The notes under the pieces are model-generated. The model was given only the letters and a program-made list of their open reading frames with translations, was not told where the DNA came from and ran no database searches. A DNA stretch of 64,000 bases from Macrostomum lignano (lineage: Eukaryota): the NCBI GenBank assembly GCA_002269645.1, contig NIVC01000540.1, forward strand, positions 1 to 64,000. Direction: 5' to 3'. The position numbers and the translations under genes were made by a program. This document shows positions 24,994-37,552 of the stretch, piece by piece. Positions within the stretch are counted from its first letter, which is position 1; every line of letters begins with the position of its first letter.

Positions 24994-25454
24994 ATTAGGT
25001 TACTTTTTACATAGGTTTCTTTCATTCTTGGTAAAAGAAGTAAGTCGCATGGCCAGTGTAAATCAGGGGGGTTGCGCATGTATGTAACTAAGTAAACTAG
25101 CATATTCTATAATGTACTCGGGAATTTAACAATCATAATCAGTCGCGACAATAACAGGGAAAAATAATAAATAAATAAATAATAATAATAATCGCGCTGG
25201 GTGACGGAGACACAGTGGGAATAGGGAGGGGGAATCTGTGAGACTGGCTGAGCACACGGGCGGTCTGTATACGATTTGAGAGACAGTTTAGCGGGGATGC
25301 CAGGCTAATGCACTAATTAATAGAGATAGATAGAGACCAGGGGAATAGAGTGCGGGAATCGGTGGAGTGGCATCAGTGCTTATTATGCAGTTAGTTGTTA
25401 GTCAGTCATAGGACAGTCTGGCAGGACCGCCTATAGCCGCTAATATATGGAATT

Positions 25455-25597
25455 TCAAGCCGCAGCCTGCTTGCCGGGGCTGTAGTACTTTTCAATAGTG
25501 CTAGCCGGGATCCGGTTCAGCATGCGCGGCGGGAATGTGCGCAACAGCTGCCAGCCGAGGTCCAGCGAGTCCATGATGGTGCGGTTCTCGTACGGGC
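25455..25597 (-). CDS. ATP6V1B: V-ATPase B exon 7 (terminal)
   Basis: cgcag|(G)[46 protein letters not shown]; total spliced CDS is 1440 nt (479 aa + stop). Confidence 0.94.
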
Positions 25598-25636
25598 CTG
25601 CGGGCGGGACCGGGCTTTTATCTTGTACTTGGCAGC

Positions 25637-25840
25637 TAGATCTCAGCTGTGGTATGGGATCTCATCTCAGCTATGGGATTTCATCTCAGCTGTGGTATGT
25701 GATCTCATCTCAGCTGTGGTATGGGATCTCATCTCAGCTATGGTATGGGATTTCATCTCAGCTATGGTATGGGATCTCATCTCAGCTCTCGAATGGGATC
25801 TTATCTTAACTATGGTATGGGATCTCATCTCAGCTCTGAA
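25637..25840. repeat. Minisatellite, 24-bp unit
   Basis: GGGATCTCATCTCAGCTGTGGTAT. Confidence 0.9.
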
Positions 25841-27002
25841 ATCCTATTTTAACTCCTTGAGCTTATCTCATATCCAAAACCTTATGAGATCCGAAATCTG
25901 ATGGGAGATTTGAATTTTTTCGGTTATCTAGAAATCTAGAAATCGGTTAGATTAGACACAGAGCTCGGAAATCTCATCTAAAAATCGGTGAGATTAGATA
26001 GGGAAACTGCAATTTGTTATCTAGCATAGAGATACAAAAATCATACGCTGGAATAAGGTGAGATCATATGCAGACTGAAAAAGTTTAGCTTAGCCAGGAC
26101 AAAAATTGCTCAGAACTGAGTGGTTAGAAAAGCATTCATTCCACAGCAACAAAACAGACAGGCACTACTAGATGAATTCAGCTGGGGGCAGACAGCGCCT
26201 GACAGGCGAATAATGGCAGTGTCAGGAGGCGGACTTCAGTCTGCCAAACTCTGTTAGCCGGGAATGCTAGGGGGAAAAGGCCGGCTATCACACTCTATTA
26301 TAATGGATTATATACAAAACCAACTCGGGGGGGGGGGGTGATATGACAGGCAAGCGGAGACCAGCTAGGCAGCAGAGTGACAATGCAACCGGGAGTGAGC
26401 TGAGCTGGACAGGGCAGGATTATCTGTATTACACGAGTCCCGACCGAGACAGGGGCTCGGGTCGATCAGTTTTTCTTTTTTAAAGTCAAATTTGGAGTAG
26501 TGGCAGGCCACAGGCAAGGCGGCGGGCAGAATATATTATAGCTGTGGCCCGGGCTGACAGCTAGCCGCCTACTCGGAATCAGGTGAAAAAAGACTGAGCA
26601 ACAAATTACACGTGGCAGAATAGCAGCCTAAGTAAGAAAGCGTATTATTATCAACTAAAGTGCAAAGCCAGCTATGCCTCTAACACATGCAGAAAGTTGT
26701 TGCAGTTTGCTGCATCCTTTTAAACGAATATTTTCTTAACGCTACAATAAAGGGAAGCAATTTTCAACACCGTAGTATTAAAGAACGCGAGAGGGTATGG
26801 AAGCAGAGAAGGAAGAGGATCCATCCAAGGTGCTTCATTGTAAAATTGAACCGCAGAACGATACACTTCAGCAACTGGATCTAGTAATGTGCTTAAATTA
26901 TGAGCCATCGTTGAGGAAGAGAATAAAAATACACGAGTATGAGAAAAAGAAATCCCAGGATTTGAGAAAGAGAGAAGACGGAGAGAGAAAGGGGTAAATC
27001 CG

Positions 27003-28075
27003 CACACAGAGAGAAGAGAGAAATCCCACACAGAGGAGAGAAATCCCACGCAAAGAAGAGAGAAATCCCACACAGAGAGGAGAGAAATCCCACGCAGAGA
27101 AGAGAGAAATCCCACACAGAGAAGAGAGAAATCCCACACAGAGAAGAGAGAAATCTCACACAGAGAGAAGAGAGAAATCCCACACAGAGAGAAATCCCAC
27201 ACAGAGAAGAGAGAAATCCCACACAGAGAGAAGAGAGAGAACCCACACAGAGAGAAGAGAGAAATCCCACACAGAGAGAAGAGAGAAATCCCACACAGAG
27301 AGAAGAGAGAAATCCCACACAGAGAAGAGAGAAATCCCACACAGAGAATAAATCCCACACAGAGAGAAGAGAGAAATCCCACACAGAGAGAAGAGAGAAA
27401 TCCCACACACAGAGAAGAGAGAAATCCCACACAGAGAGAAGAGAGAAATCCCACACAGAGAATAAATCCCACACACAGAGAAGAGAGAAATCCCACACAG
27501 AGAAGAGAGAAATCCCACACACAGAGAAGAGAGAAATCCCACACAGAGAATAAATCCCACACACAGAGAAGAGAGAAATCCCACACAGAGAAGAGAGAAA
27601 TCCCACACACAGAGAAGAGAGAAATCCCACACACAGAGAAGAGAGAAATCCCACACACAGAGAAGAGAGAAATCCCACACAGAGAGAAGAGAGAAATCCC
27701 ACACAGAGAGAAGAGAGAAATCCCACACAGAGAGAAGAGAGAAATCCCACAGAGAGGAGAGAAATCCCACACAGAGAAGAGAGAAATCCCACACACAGAG
27801 AAGAGAGAAATCCCACACAGAGAGAAGAGAGAAATCCCACACAGAGAGAAGAGAGAAATCCCACACAGAGAGAAGAGAGAAATCCCACACAGAGAAGAGA
27901 GAAATCCCACAGAGAGGAGAGAAATCCCACACAGAGAAGAGAGAAATCCCACACAGAGAAGAAAGAAATCCCACACAGATAAGAGAGAAATCCCACACAG
28001 AGAGAAGAGAGAAATCCCACACAGATAAAAGAGAAATCGCACACAGAGTAGAGAGAAATCACACACAGAGAGTAG
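27003..28075. repeat. Minisatellite, 26-28-bp unit
   Basis: AGAGAAGAGAGAAATCCCACACAG(AG). Confidence 0.95.
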
Positions 28076-28744
28076 ACAAGAAAGACAGGAGAGGGGAGAC
28101 AGACAGGCGGGCCAGTTTGAATAAGCTGCAGCCAACATGACACACAAGCGCGGTGCACAATCCGAACAGCAGAGAGGGCAAAGGGAATAAATGAACAGAT
28201 TCGCGGGCGAGTAAAAAGCGAGACGCAGGCAGGTGCAACAGGTGCGGAACGGTCCCGACTTGCCACCGCGAGAGAAGGCAGAAAGAAATTAATAATTTAT
28301 AATTCCTCTCTCCTCCGCTTGAGCTAGAAGAACGGCACTTACCCAGAAAGGCGCTAAAACCCGATTGATACTGACTAGCCTAGCAATTTTTATATTCTAA
28401 AACCGATTCATATCGAATAAAGCTGATGTAAGGAGTCTTCCTTATATCCGCGGAGTCGTGAAGATTGGCCAAATGATGCTGTGTACAGTGTACATTGGTT
28501 GGAAATCAGTGCCGATATGAGGCTGTGTGCATCCGTAGGAAATATAGAACAGTTAAAGTACGAGCTACATAGATTGGGTAATAAAATGGTGAGGATTTAG
28601 ACATTGCAACAGAATTGTAGATCAGATGAGTAAGCACAATATTAGATTAAGTGAAAATGGTAGATCTACTATCTGTAGAATGGTAGAGAAGATATATACG
28701 AATAGAGTTGATAAGACACGTAGAACAGTAGAGTTTATAGGTAA

Positions 28745-29150
28745 AATTGTAGATTGATAGATTAGATAGGTAGATTGGTAGATTGGTAAATTAAATAGGT
28801 AGATTGGTAGATTAGATAGGTAGATTGGTAGATTGGTAGATTAAATAGGTAGAATGGTAGATTAAATAGGAAGATTGGTAGATTAGATAGGTACAATAGA
28901 ATGGTAGATTAAATAGGAAGATTGGTAGATTAGATAGGTACAATAGAATGGTAGATTAAATAGGTAGATTGGTAGATTAGATTGGTAGATTGGTAGATTA
29001 AATAGGTAGATTGGTAGATTAGATTGGTAGATTGGTAGATTAAATAGGTAGATTGGTAGATTAGATAGGTAGATTGGTGATTAAATAGGTAGAATGGTAG
29101 ATTAAATAGGAAGATTGGTAGATTAGATAGGTAGAATGCTAGATTGGTAG
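28745..29150. repeat. Low-complexity GATTAGATAGGTAGATTGGTA-type repeat
   Basis: direct reading. Confidence 0.9.
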
Positions 29151-29259
29151 ATTAAAGGTTAAATGATTAACTGATAGCTATAATGAAGTGCAGAGTAGAT
29201 AGTACAGATCATGACAGCCCAGCCAGCCATCGCAGCATCGCAGAATCAACAAAGCTCAC

Positions 29260-29389
29260 CCTGATTGATGAATTTCTTTTCAAAGTTGTTGAGAAACTCC
29301 AGATAGAGATGGTCATCGGCGGACAGGGCCTCCTCGCCCACCACGGCCTTCATGGCCTGCACGTCCTTGCCGATGGCGTAGCAGGCGTA
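29260..29389 (-). CDS. ATP6V1B: V-ATPase B exon 6
   Basis: ccag|[44 protein letters not shown]|gtgag; 130 nt; the preceding intron is ~17 kb. Confidence 0.96.
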
Positions 29390-29554
29390 CTGGAATCGGT
29401 GAATGGGTGCTCTGGGAGTGAGTTCTGGCACATTAAATAAATAACAGGGCTACTAATCCCGAAGTTAAAATTTCGGTAAATAATAAATATTATTCGGATA
29501 ATATGCAGCAAATATACAGGGGTTAGGACTCGAAATGTATAGCTAAAAGAATTC

Positions 29555-31045
29555 TGATCCCAAAATGCCAAGTGATTTTAATCCCAAAATGCCAAGGGAT
29601 TTTAATCCCAAAATGCCAAGATATTTTGATCCCAAAATGCCAAGGGATTTGGATTCCAAAATGACGAAGGATTTGGATTCCAAAATGACGAAGGATTTGG
29701 ATTCCAAAATGCCAAGGGATTTGGATTCCAAAATGACGAAGGATTTGGATTCCAAAATGACGAAGGATTTTGATCCCAAAATGACAAGGGATTTGGATTC
29801 CAAAATGACGAAGGATTTGGATTCCAAAATGACGAAGGATTTTGATCCCAAAATGACAAGGGATTTGGATTCCAAAATGACGAAGGATTTGGATTCCAAA
29901 ATGACGAAGGATTTTGATCCCAAAATGACAAGGGATTTGGATTCCAAAATGACGAAGGATTTGGATTCCAAAATGACGAAGGATTTTGATCCCAAAATGA
30001 CAAGGGATTTTGATCCCAAAATGACGAAGGATTTTGATCCCAAAATGACGAAGGATTTTGATCCCAAAATGACAAGGGATTTGGATTCCAATATGACAAG
30101 GGATTTGGATTCCAATATGACAAGGGATTTGGATTCCAAAATGACGAAGGATTTTAATTCCAAAATGACAAGGGATTTGGATTCCAAAATGACAAGGGAT
30201 TTGGATTCCAAAATGACAAGGGATTTGGATTCCAAAATGACAAGGGATTTGGATTCCAATATGACAAGGGATTTGGATTCCAATATGACAAGGGATTTGG
30301 ATTCCAATATGACAAGGGATTTGGATTCCAAAATGACGAAGGATTTTAATTCCAAAATGACAAGGGATTTGGATTCCAATATGACAAGGGATTTGGATTC
30401 CAATATGACAAGGGATTTGGATTCCAATATGACAAGGGATTTGGATTCCAAAATGACAAGGGATTTGGATTCCAATATGACAAGGGATTTGGATTCCAAT
30501 ATGACAAGGGATTTGGATTCCAATATGACAAGGGATTTGGATTCCAATATGACAAGGGATTTGGATTCCAAAATGACGAAGGATTTTAATTCCAAAATGA
30601 CAAGGGATTTGGATTCCAATATGACAAGGGATTTGGATTCCAATATGACAAGGGATTTGGATTCCAATATGACAAGGGATTTGGATTCCAATATGACAAG
30701 GGATTTGGATTCCAAAATGACGAAGGATTTTAATTCCAAAATGACGAAGGATTTTGATCCCAAAATGCCAAGGGATTTGAATCCCAAAGTGACAAGGGAC
30801 TTGGATTCCAAAATGACAAGGGATTTGGATTCCAAAATGCCAAGAGATTTGGATCCCAAAATGCCAAGGGATTTGAATCCCAAAGTGACAAGGGATTTGG
30901 ATTCCAAAATGACAAGGGATTTCGATCCTGAAATGCCAAGGGATTTGGATTTTAAAATGACAAGTGAATTTGATCTTAAATCCCAAAACGAAATGGGGAT
31001 TTTGATCCCAAAATGTCATGGATTTTCGATCCAAAAATGACAAGG
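29555..31045. repeat. Minisatellite, 24-bp unit
   Basis: CCAAAATGACAAGGGATTTGGATT; explains the ~450-570-aa repetitive ORFs here. Confidence 0.95.
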
Positions 31046-31772
31046 GAATTAGGCCCCAAAATTTAAATATTTTACTAAATTTCTTCTCTAAGCTACAAGA
31101 CAGCGCAAGACAAACGCTAGAAAAAATGAAATCAAAAGTGCTGAAAGACAATTCAGCACTCCAAACTGTTACACTCAGTTTTTTATTACGTTTAGAAACG
31201 CATATAAATAAATCTATTTGAATTGCAGATTTCTTATTCACTTAAAAATGGCGCCTTCAAAGCCGCTCGATCAGACCCTTGGAGAATGCGAAGTTTAGTC
31301 CGTAAATCACATCATCCAGTCTTAAGAAGCGTCAGTCAAGGCCAAGACAGGTTCCGCAATGGCGGGGGCGGGTGTTGAAACTGCGTAAATTTACCAGTAT
31401 GTAATCTACTTGATGTAACTTCTAGATAGAACCCAGTCTATAACAAGTAGTGAAAAGAGTAGTTGATATCAATAAAAGTTGATTTGATTATTTATTAATA
31501 ATTTCTTTATAAAATAACTGCATTCAGTTTTTTTAAACTCTGAGCATTGTAAATTTTCTTTTAACTGAAGATTTTCCCGATATAATTACACAGTCATGAA
31601 TGTTGTTCTTCAAGGCCTTCATCGCAGGCTGTTGCACCTTAGGCATGGGAGTTTCTCGAAAGTGTAGCTTCCTTATAAATATTAACGAATAAGTTAATAT
31701 TCGTTAATTATTTATTATTTATTAATTATTAATTATTAATTAATTATTCGTTAATTATATTCGTTAATTCGA

Positions 31773-33963
31773 GCTAACCAACGGAAGACTCATCAACTAC
31801 GGAATCGAGTCCAAGAACTTAAGTCAAACTTAAGAAATCAGCTGGGTTTGATCTCCTATGCAGTCCTATGGCATCTAGTGAGCAAGTCAACGCAAGAAAA
31901 ACTTCGAGCGGACCCCCTGAGACTCGGAAAGAAGCTTCGCAACCTCTGGACCGAGCAGAAGCATCAGACCCATGGAGCCAATACCATCACCAACCTGTCT
32001 CGTCACCAACTCACGGTCACCGAGCTCAACTGTTTGCAACATGGTCTGCGCAACCCGACGCTACCAAAACGCATCAACAAGCTTAAAATCGCTGCTGAAA
32101 TTGAATCTGGCCTGAGTAAGTGTCTAAAAACGGACAATTTGCGAGTTGACGGCGCTGTTCCACCCGATAAGCTTAAACACCGTATCATTGCTGAATTTGA
32201 AAAGTTTATCTGTAGAGCTCAAGGATACGTTAACAAGAAAAGCAATAGGCTTATGCACCAGACTATGAACGGTCTCAAGAACAATGACAACATCAAGATC
32301 GTTGGTTACGATAAAGGCTATGGCGTTGCTGTCTTAGACAGTAATGATTATTTCGAGAAACTTGAGAAAGTGATCCAGGACAAACTCAAGTTTCAATGCC
32401 TTGGTACCGCCGATAAAGTCACTAAGACCCACCCGATTCTGAAAAATGAAAGATCTCTTCAGAATTTTTTGAGAACTTATGTCAAGCCGCATGTGAGCCC
32501 TGAGATTTTTAAGGTGATTGTCCCAAATGGTAGCCAACCTGGACAACTGTATGGTCTGTGCAAAGTTCATAAGGATGGTCATCCTTTAAGACCAATTGTT
32601 TCGATGATCAACACTTCAGAGTATGAGCTAGCCAAATTCCTTGACAATTTAATTAAACCTGTTATTCCTTCTGAGCACTGTGTGGGATCCAATAAACAGT
32701 TTATTGAGAGCCTCAGCAATACCACGATTAATCAAACTGACAGGCTTTATAGCTTTGATGTTGTTTCACTGTTCACCAACATCCCTCTCGATTTCACCAT
32801 TGAGCTGGCTGCTGATCTTGTGTATGAAAAAACCGATCCACCTCCTTTCTCCAAAGCCACTTTTAAGAAGATGCTCAAATTCGCCACCTCCGGCATCTTT
32901 CTTTTTCGGGACAAATATTACAGACAGATTGATGGGTGTGCCATGGGCAGCCCTCTCGCCCCAACCCTCGCTAATTTATGCATGGCCCACTGGGAGAAGG
33001 ACTGGATGGCCCTCCCTTGTGCGCCTCACTTCTACAAACGCTACGTCGATGACACGTTTGCGATCTTTGAGGACGAAGCTAAGAAGGACGAGTTTTTTAA
33101 GTTAATCAATTCTACTCATGAGAATATCAAATTCACGGCGGAGGGGGGAGGCAGGAGACTTCCTTTCTTAGACATTGACGTTGACGCCACCGATGAAACT
33201 ATTTCGACCAGCGTGTATAGGAAACCTAGCTTTACCGGGCTTATGCTTAGGTTTGACGCCTTGTGCCCTAGACAATGGAAAACCGGATTGATTCGTTGCT
33301 TTCTTCACCGGGCTTTTTCCACTTGCAGCTCTTGGAGACTTTTCCACAACGAAGTTGAAATCCTCACCAATCTGCTCAGCTACAATGGCTATCCTAAGAA
33401 CTTTGTGATGAAAATTGTCAACTCTTTTCTCAATGACAAACTGACTGAACCTAATCGGATGAAAGTTCGTGATTCCACCTCTGAATGTCCCTTGATCACT
33501 TTGCCTTACTTTGGTGTTTGTTCTATAGAGTTTAAAAAGAAGTTAGAAAAGCTGCTCCGTAAAGACTTAAACACTCAAATCCGTGTTGTGTTTCGCACCG
33601 AAAAGATTGCTAAGTTTGTCTGCAAGTTGAAATCCAGTGTTCCACGTCCTCTCGCGGCTGGTGTCGTGTATAAATTTGTTTGCTCTGAGGACCAGAGCAT
33701 CTCCTACATAGGAAAAACTAAACGACACTTATACACGAGGGTCAGAGAGCACTGGCTAAAAAAACTCTGCTATTAACGAACACCTGCTAACCTGCAATTC
33801 TTGTTGTGAGGCTGAACCACACGAAATGATAAAGGCTATTGATTTTTGTAATAGAGATCACATGCTCTGCCTATTAGAAGCCCTGTACATTAAGACCAAA
33901 CAGCCCACGTTAAATAACCAACTTGCGATGGGTGGGGCTAGCCGTCAACTCAGAATTTTTTAG
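31773..33963 (+). CDS. PLE reverse transcriptase + GIY-YIG endonuclease ORF with one frameshift in an A7 run (~33758-33764)
   Basis: Motifs YDKG, LYGLCKVHK..PLRPIVS, SFDVVSLFTNIP, QIDGCAMGSPLAP, YKRYVDDTF, LPFLD, VYRKP, VVYKFVC..SYIGKTKRHLYTRVREH. After the shift: KNSAINEHL...LLEALYIKTKQPTLNNQ...RIF* (TAG 33961-33963). Confidence 0.9.
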
Positions 33964-34146
33964 CTGATTTGTCAATGACCGGACTGGCTTGAAACTGATA
34001 TGCACTTTACCCAACCAATACTGTATCAAAAATTGATTACTATGTACAAGTTTTAAACCATCAATTAAAAACTCAATTCAACTACTCTTGTTACTCTCAA
34101 CTATCTATATATACTGAATATTCGTTCAAATTGTTTCTCAATAAAA

Positions 34147-34192
34147 AGACCCTGACGATGTCCTAATGCAAATGGACGAAATGCATCGGCAA
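34147..34192 (+). ncRNA. Minimal (type I, dimeric-class) hammerhead ribozyme motif of PLE-1
   Basis: CTGACGA(34152-58)-T-GTCC-loop-GGAC-GAAA(34178-81)-TGCA-TC^GG; palindromic ATGCAT stem III. Stem I shows only 2 obvious bp. Confidence 0.75.
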
Positions 34193-34441
34193 CTCAAATA
34201 ATACTTCATGTTGATATTTACCTTTATTTATCTACTCTTCATCAAGCGAGCCACTTTACCTGGTTTAAGAAATTTTCTAATGTCCACACAGCTAAAACTA
34301 ACGCAAGTAGAGCAAAGCAGTGAGAGTGATTTGCGTGACTGCAACAAATTTGCTGGTTCAGCACTGGGGGTGGCTGGCGACACACACAGCCAGCTCACGA
34401 CAGATGTTGGCAACACACAGACTAGCAGAGTGGCACATTCC

Positions 34442-34510
<69 letters not shown>

Positions 34511-34622
34511 GCTGTATCTTAGAATATATTTAGAATATACAATATTCGAAATATCGGCAATCCAACTAAATTGACTTTGTTCAGTCCTTTCTACCGTGTC
34601 AGGGCTTGAGATCGGAGATGCC

Positions 34623-34709
<87 letters not shown>

Positions 34710-34879
34710 GTTGACCTGCAATGTCGTTTTATATTCCTTGCTGCCAAAATAATCAGCCACTGCAAGCAGGATTGGAATATAAGCGCAAGTGAAGACAGAT
34801 AAAGCCCCCCCCCCTCCCCGAGGCGATCCCCGAGCGTCTAGCCGTGTCGGCGGCTCGCGGCTTCAAGCGCTAACTGACG

Positions 34880-36990
34880 GTGGACGACGGTCCGCCGCTT
34901 TCCCGCCGCCCAAAGGCCAGCATCGATCGGAGCCGCATCCGGCCCGAAATTCAAGTCGCTCTGGCGGAGCTGGACGATGTGAGGGGGAACATCCGGGACT
35001 GCAGCAACGCTCCAAACATCAGCGAGGCGGAGGCAAAGGCACTGCGTGACCTGCGGGCGGACAAGTCCATCGTCAGCAAGCCGGCCGACAAGGGCAGCCA
35101 GCTGGTCATTCAGGACCGGCAGGACTGTGTCCGCGAGTGCATGCGTCAGCTGGGGGACCCGTTGTTCTACAGGCCCCTGAGCGTGCCGATCAGCCGCTTC
35201 ACAGCCCAGATGATTCGCGCTGTCTTCCAATCGCTACTGGACCGCAGGATTATCGACCGGCGCCAGTTCAACGCCTTCAGCCCGAAGAGCGAGTTCCGCG
35301 AGCGCTGCTTCTACATCCTGCCGAAGATCCACAAGCCCGTCGAGTCGTGGCCGCTCGGCGACATTCCACCGGGCCGGCCCATCTTGTCTGATGTGGACAG
35401 CGAGTCCTACGCCAGCGGCCGCTTCATCGACAGCTTCCTGCAGCCAATCGTCATCAAGCTGCCCAGCTCCATCAGACACAGACCACTTCCAGGCCGCCAT
35501 CCGCGGGATCGCCTGTGCGGCGTCCGAGGAGACCTTCCTGTTCACCATGGACGTCGCCAGCCTGTACACCAACATCCGGCGGAAGCCGGCCTCGAGTGCG
35601 TGCGGAGAGCATTTAGGGAGCACCCGGACAACCAGCGCCCGGATGCCAGCCTCCTCAGTCTGCTCAAGCTGAACCTGGAGCGCAACGACTTCGGATTTAA
35701 TGGCAGCTACTTCCTGCAGGTCAAAGGCACGGCCATGGGAAAGTCGTTTGCGCCCAGCTACAGCAACATCTACATGGGATACTGGGAGCAGCACGGCCTG
35801 GCGGTCAGCCCGCAGAAACCCGCCCTGTGGCTCCGCTACATTGATGATATCTTCGGCGTGTGGCGCGGGACGGAAGATGAACTGATCCGCTTCCAAAGAC
35901 TCCTTGATGACCTTGACCCGAATATTAGACTGCAACTCAACTACAGCAGCACGGAGGTGGCCTTTTTGGACACCACCGTCTTCTGGGTCCGCGAGGGCGA
36001 CGTTAAGCGCTTGGCAACTAAGGTGTATTTCAAGCCGACCGACAGCCGAACGCTCATTCACCGCGACTCTTTCCACCCGAAGCGACGTTCCGGGGCGTGG
36101 TGAAGTCCCAGCTCCTCAGATACGCCCGGCGGTGTTCCCGGATGGCCGATTTCGAAGCAGCGTGCACCGGGCTGTTTTCAAGTCTGGTGCAACACCAGGG
36201 CTACAATCGGCGGTTCCTGCGCACGATTAAGTACGAGATGCTGACGGAACTGGGCTTCTACCCGACGAAACGGTGGGAATTCGGCTTTCTGCCGTGCAAC
36301 CCGACCCGGCTGTGCAGGTGCTGCCAGACACACGCCAGGTTCGCCTCCGTCTGCCCCGGATCAGCAGCCACGACAGTCCAGCTCATCATCAGTCAGCGGA
36401 TCGACTGCAACGCCACCAACGCCGTCTACGCCGTGTTCTGCCGCCGGTGCGACCACACGGTCTACGTAGGCGAGACCGCCAACAGCATCCACGGCCGCAT
36501 GCTGGCGCACATCGGCGACATCCGGCACGCCCGTTACACTCCGGTGGCCCGCCATTTCACCAGTGATGGCCACAGTCTGGCGGACTTCGCCTTCACCGGC
36601 ATCTGGTCACGTGACAGCACGGGACCCAGAGCAAACGAGCGGCGGCAGCGCCACAAGGCCAAGCTCATCGAGGTGTTAAAGACTCGAGCCCCGCACGGCG
36701 TCAACGAGCTTGCCGGCACGCTGCATAACCCGGCCATCCCGCTGATCCTGCCCCATTGTGCGAGGTCGGACGCCCTGGTGGCCGCGGTGAAGGACCGCGT
36801 GGCCCGGAACTGTGAGGCCCCGGTGCTGCCCTCCTGCACCAAAGGGCGGAACCTCCGGCAGCTGCTCTGTCCCAGTCGACTGGAGTCCACCACTGATAGA
36901 TTTTTTTCTTTTGATTTTTTACTTTCCTTGCTACTTAGCTTTGTCAGACCGTGCTGGTACCTACCTAGCCTTTTATTGCTCATTTCTTAG
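34880..36990 (+). pseudogene. Neptune-like RT/GIY-YIG ORF broken by three frameshifts (~35474, ~35582, ~36083)
   Basis: KPADKG, FYILPKIHK..PGRPI, (other frame) FTMDVASLYTNI, QVKGTAMGKSFAPSY, WLRYIDDIF, VAFLD, VYFKPT, then TFRGVVKSQLLRY...VYVGET...RNLRQLLCPSRL. Homology resumes across each shift. Confidence 0.85.
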
Positions 36991-37510
36991 AAATTTTTTT
37001 ATTCTCAGCACTAGTCCAAGGTCAGCTTTTGTATATTCTCAGCATTTATTCTGCATCTACATTTCTATTGTTTTTTGACACCATGTAAATTTTTATTACA
37101 CTTTTTACTTTTACTATTTTGCTTATCGCACAATTGCTCTTTTTTCAGTTTTTAATAGCCTTTTCACCTTATTTATTTATTTATTTATTTACTGATTATT
37201 TATTTATTGAGGTCCATTTTCTTAAGAGCTTGGAGTCACTCTTTCCCTTTTTAGACACCAGTGCAGTTGCACCGCTCCAATATTTATTTCGCGTGTAGGG
37301 TCGCTGCAGCCCACGTGCGGTTCACTTTATTTGTGCACTGATTCAGTTATTTTGCATTTTTAAGTCTAATATTGTTTTATCGACTCACACCAAGTGTACG
37401 AGTACTCGTACTCGTACTTACCGTACGCTCTCTATCCGCCTGTCTACTCTCTCCCCTCTAACCCCGCCTATTTAATAACTTTTACAACGCCACTTGTCAC
37501 CACTTTTCAC

Positions 37511-37552
37511 TTGCCCTGACGAAGAAATATAATAATTTTGAAATATCGGCAA
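37511..37552 (+). ncRNA. Minimal hammerhead ribozyme motif in the 3' pLTR of the Neptune-like element
   Basis: TTGCC / CTGACGA / A / GAAAT-ataata-ATTTT / GAAA / TA / TC^ / GGCAA. Perfect 5-bp stem I; stem II closed by G.U; palindromic ATAT stem III. Confidence 0.78.

Larger units (their letters stand above)
31770..34260 (+). mobile_element. Penelope-like retroelement (Penelope/Poseidon-type), 5'-truncated, antisense in V-ATPase B intron 5
   Basis: Single ORF with RT followed by GIY-YIG; AT-rich 3' UTR with a hammerhead motif at ~34150-34190. The 5' end joins an AT-rich ATTCGTTAATT-type stretch at ~31770. The 3' edge is approximate. Confidence 0.9.

Noticed and set aside
26770-26920. Nested gene exon in V-ATPase intron 6 (MAHNLSTLLDPVAEVY...)
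   Set aside because: No recognisable homology, a weak donor, and no partner exons found.
31400-31680. Inverted 5' pLTR or second PLE fragment upstream of PLE-1
   Set aside because: Only a 12-bp inverted match to the 3' UTR (TCAACTACTCTT) and a weak KALKNN peptide; insufficient.
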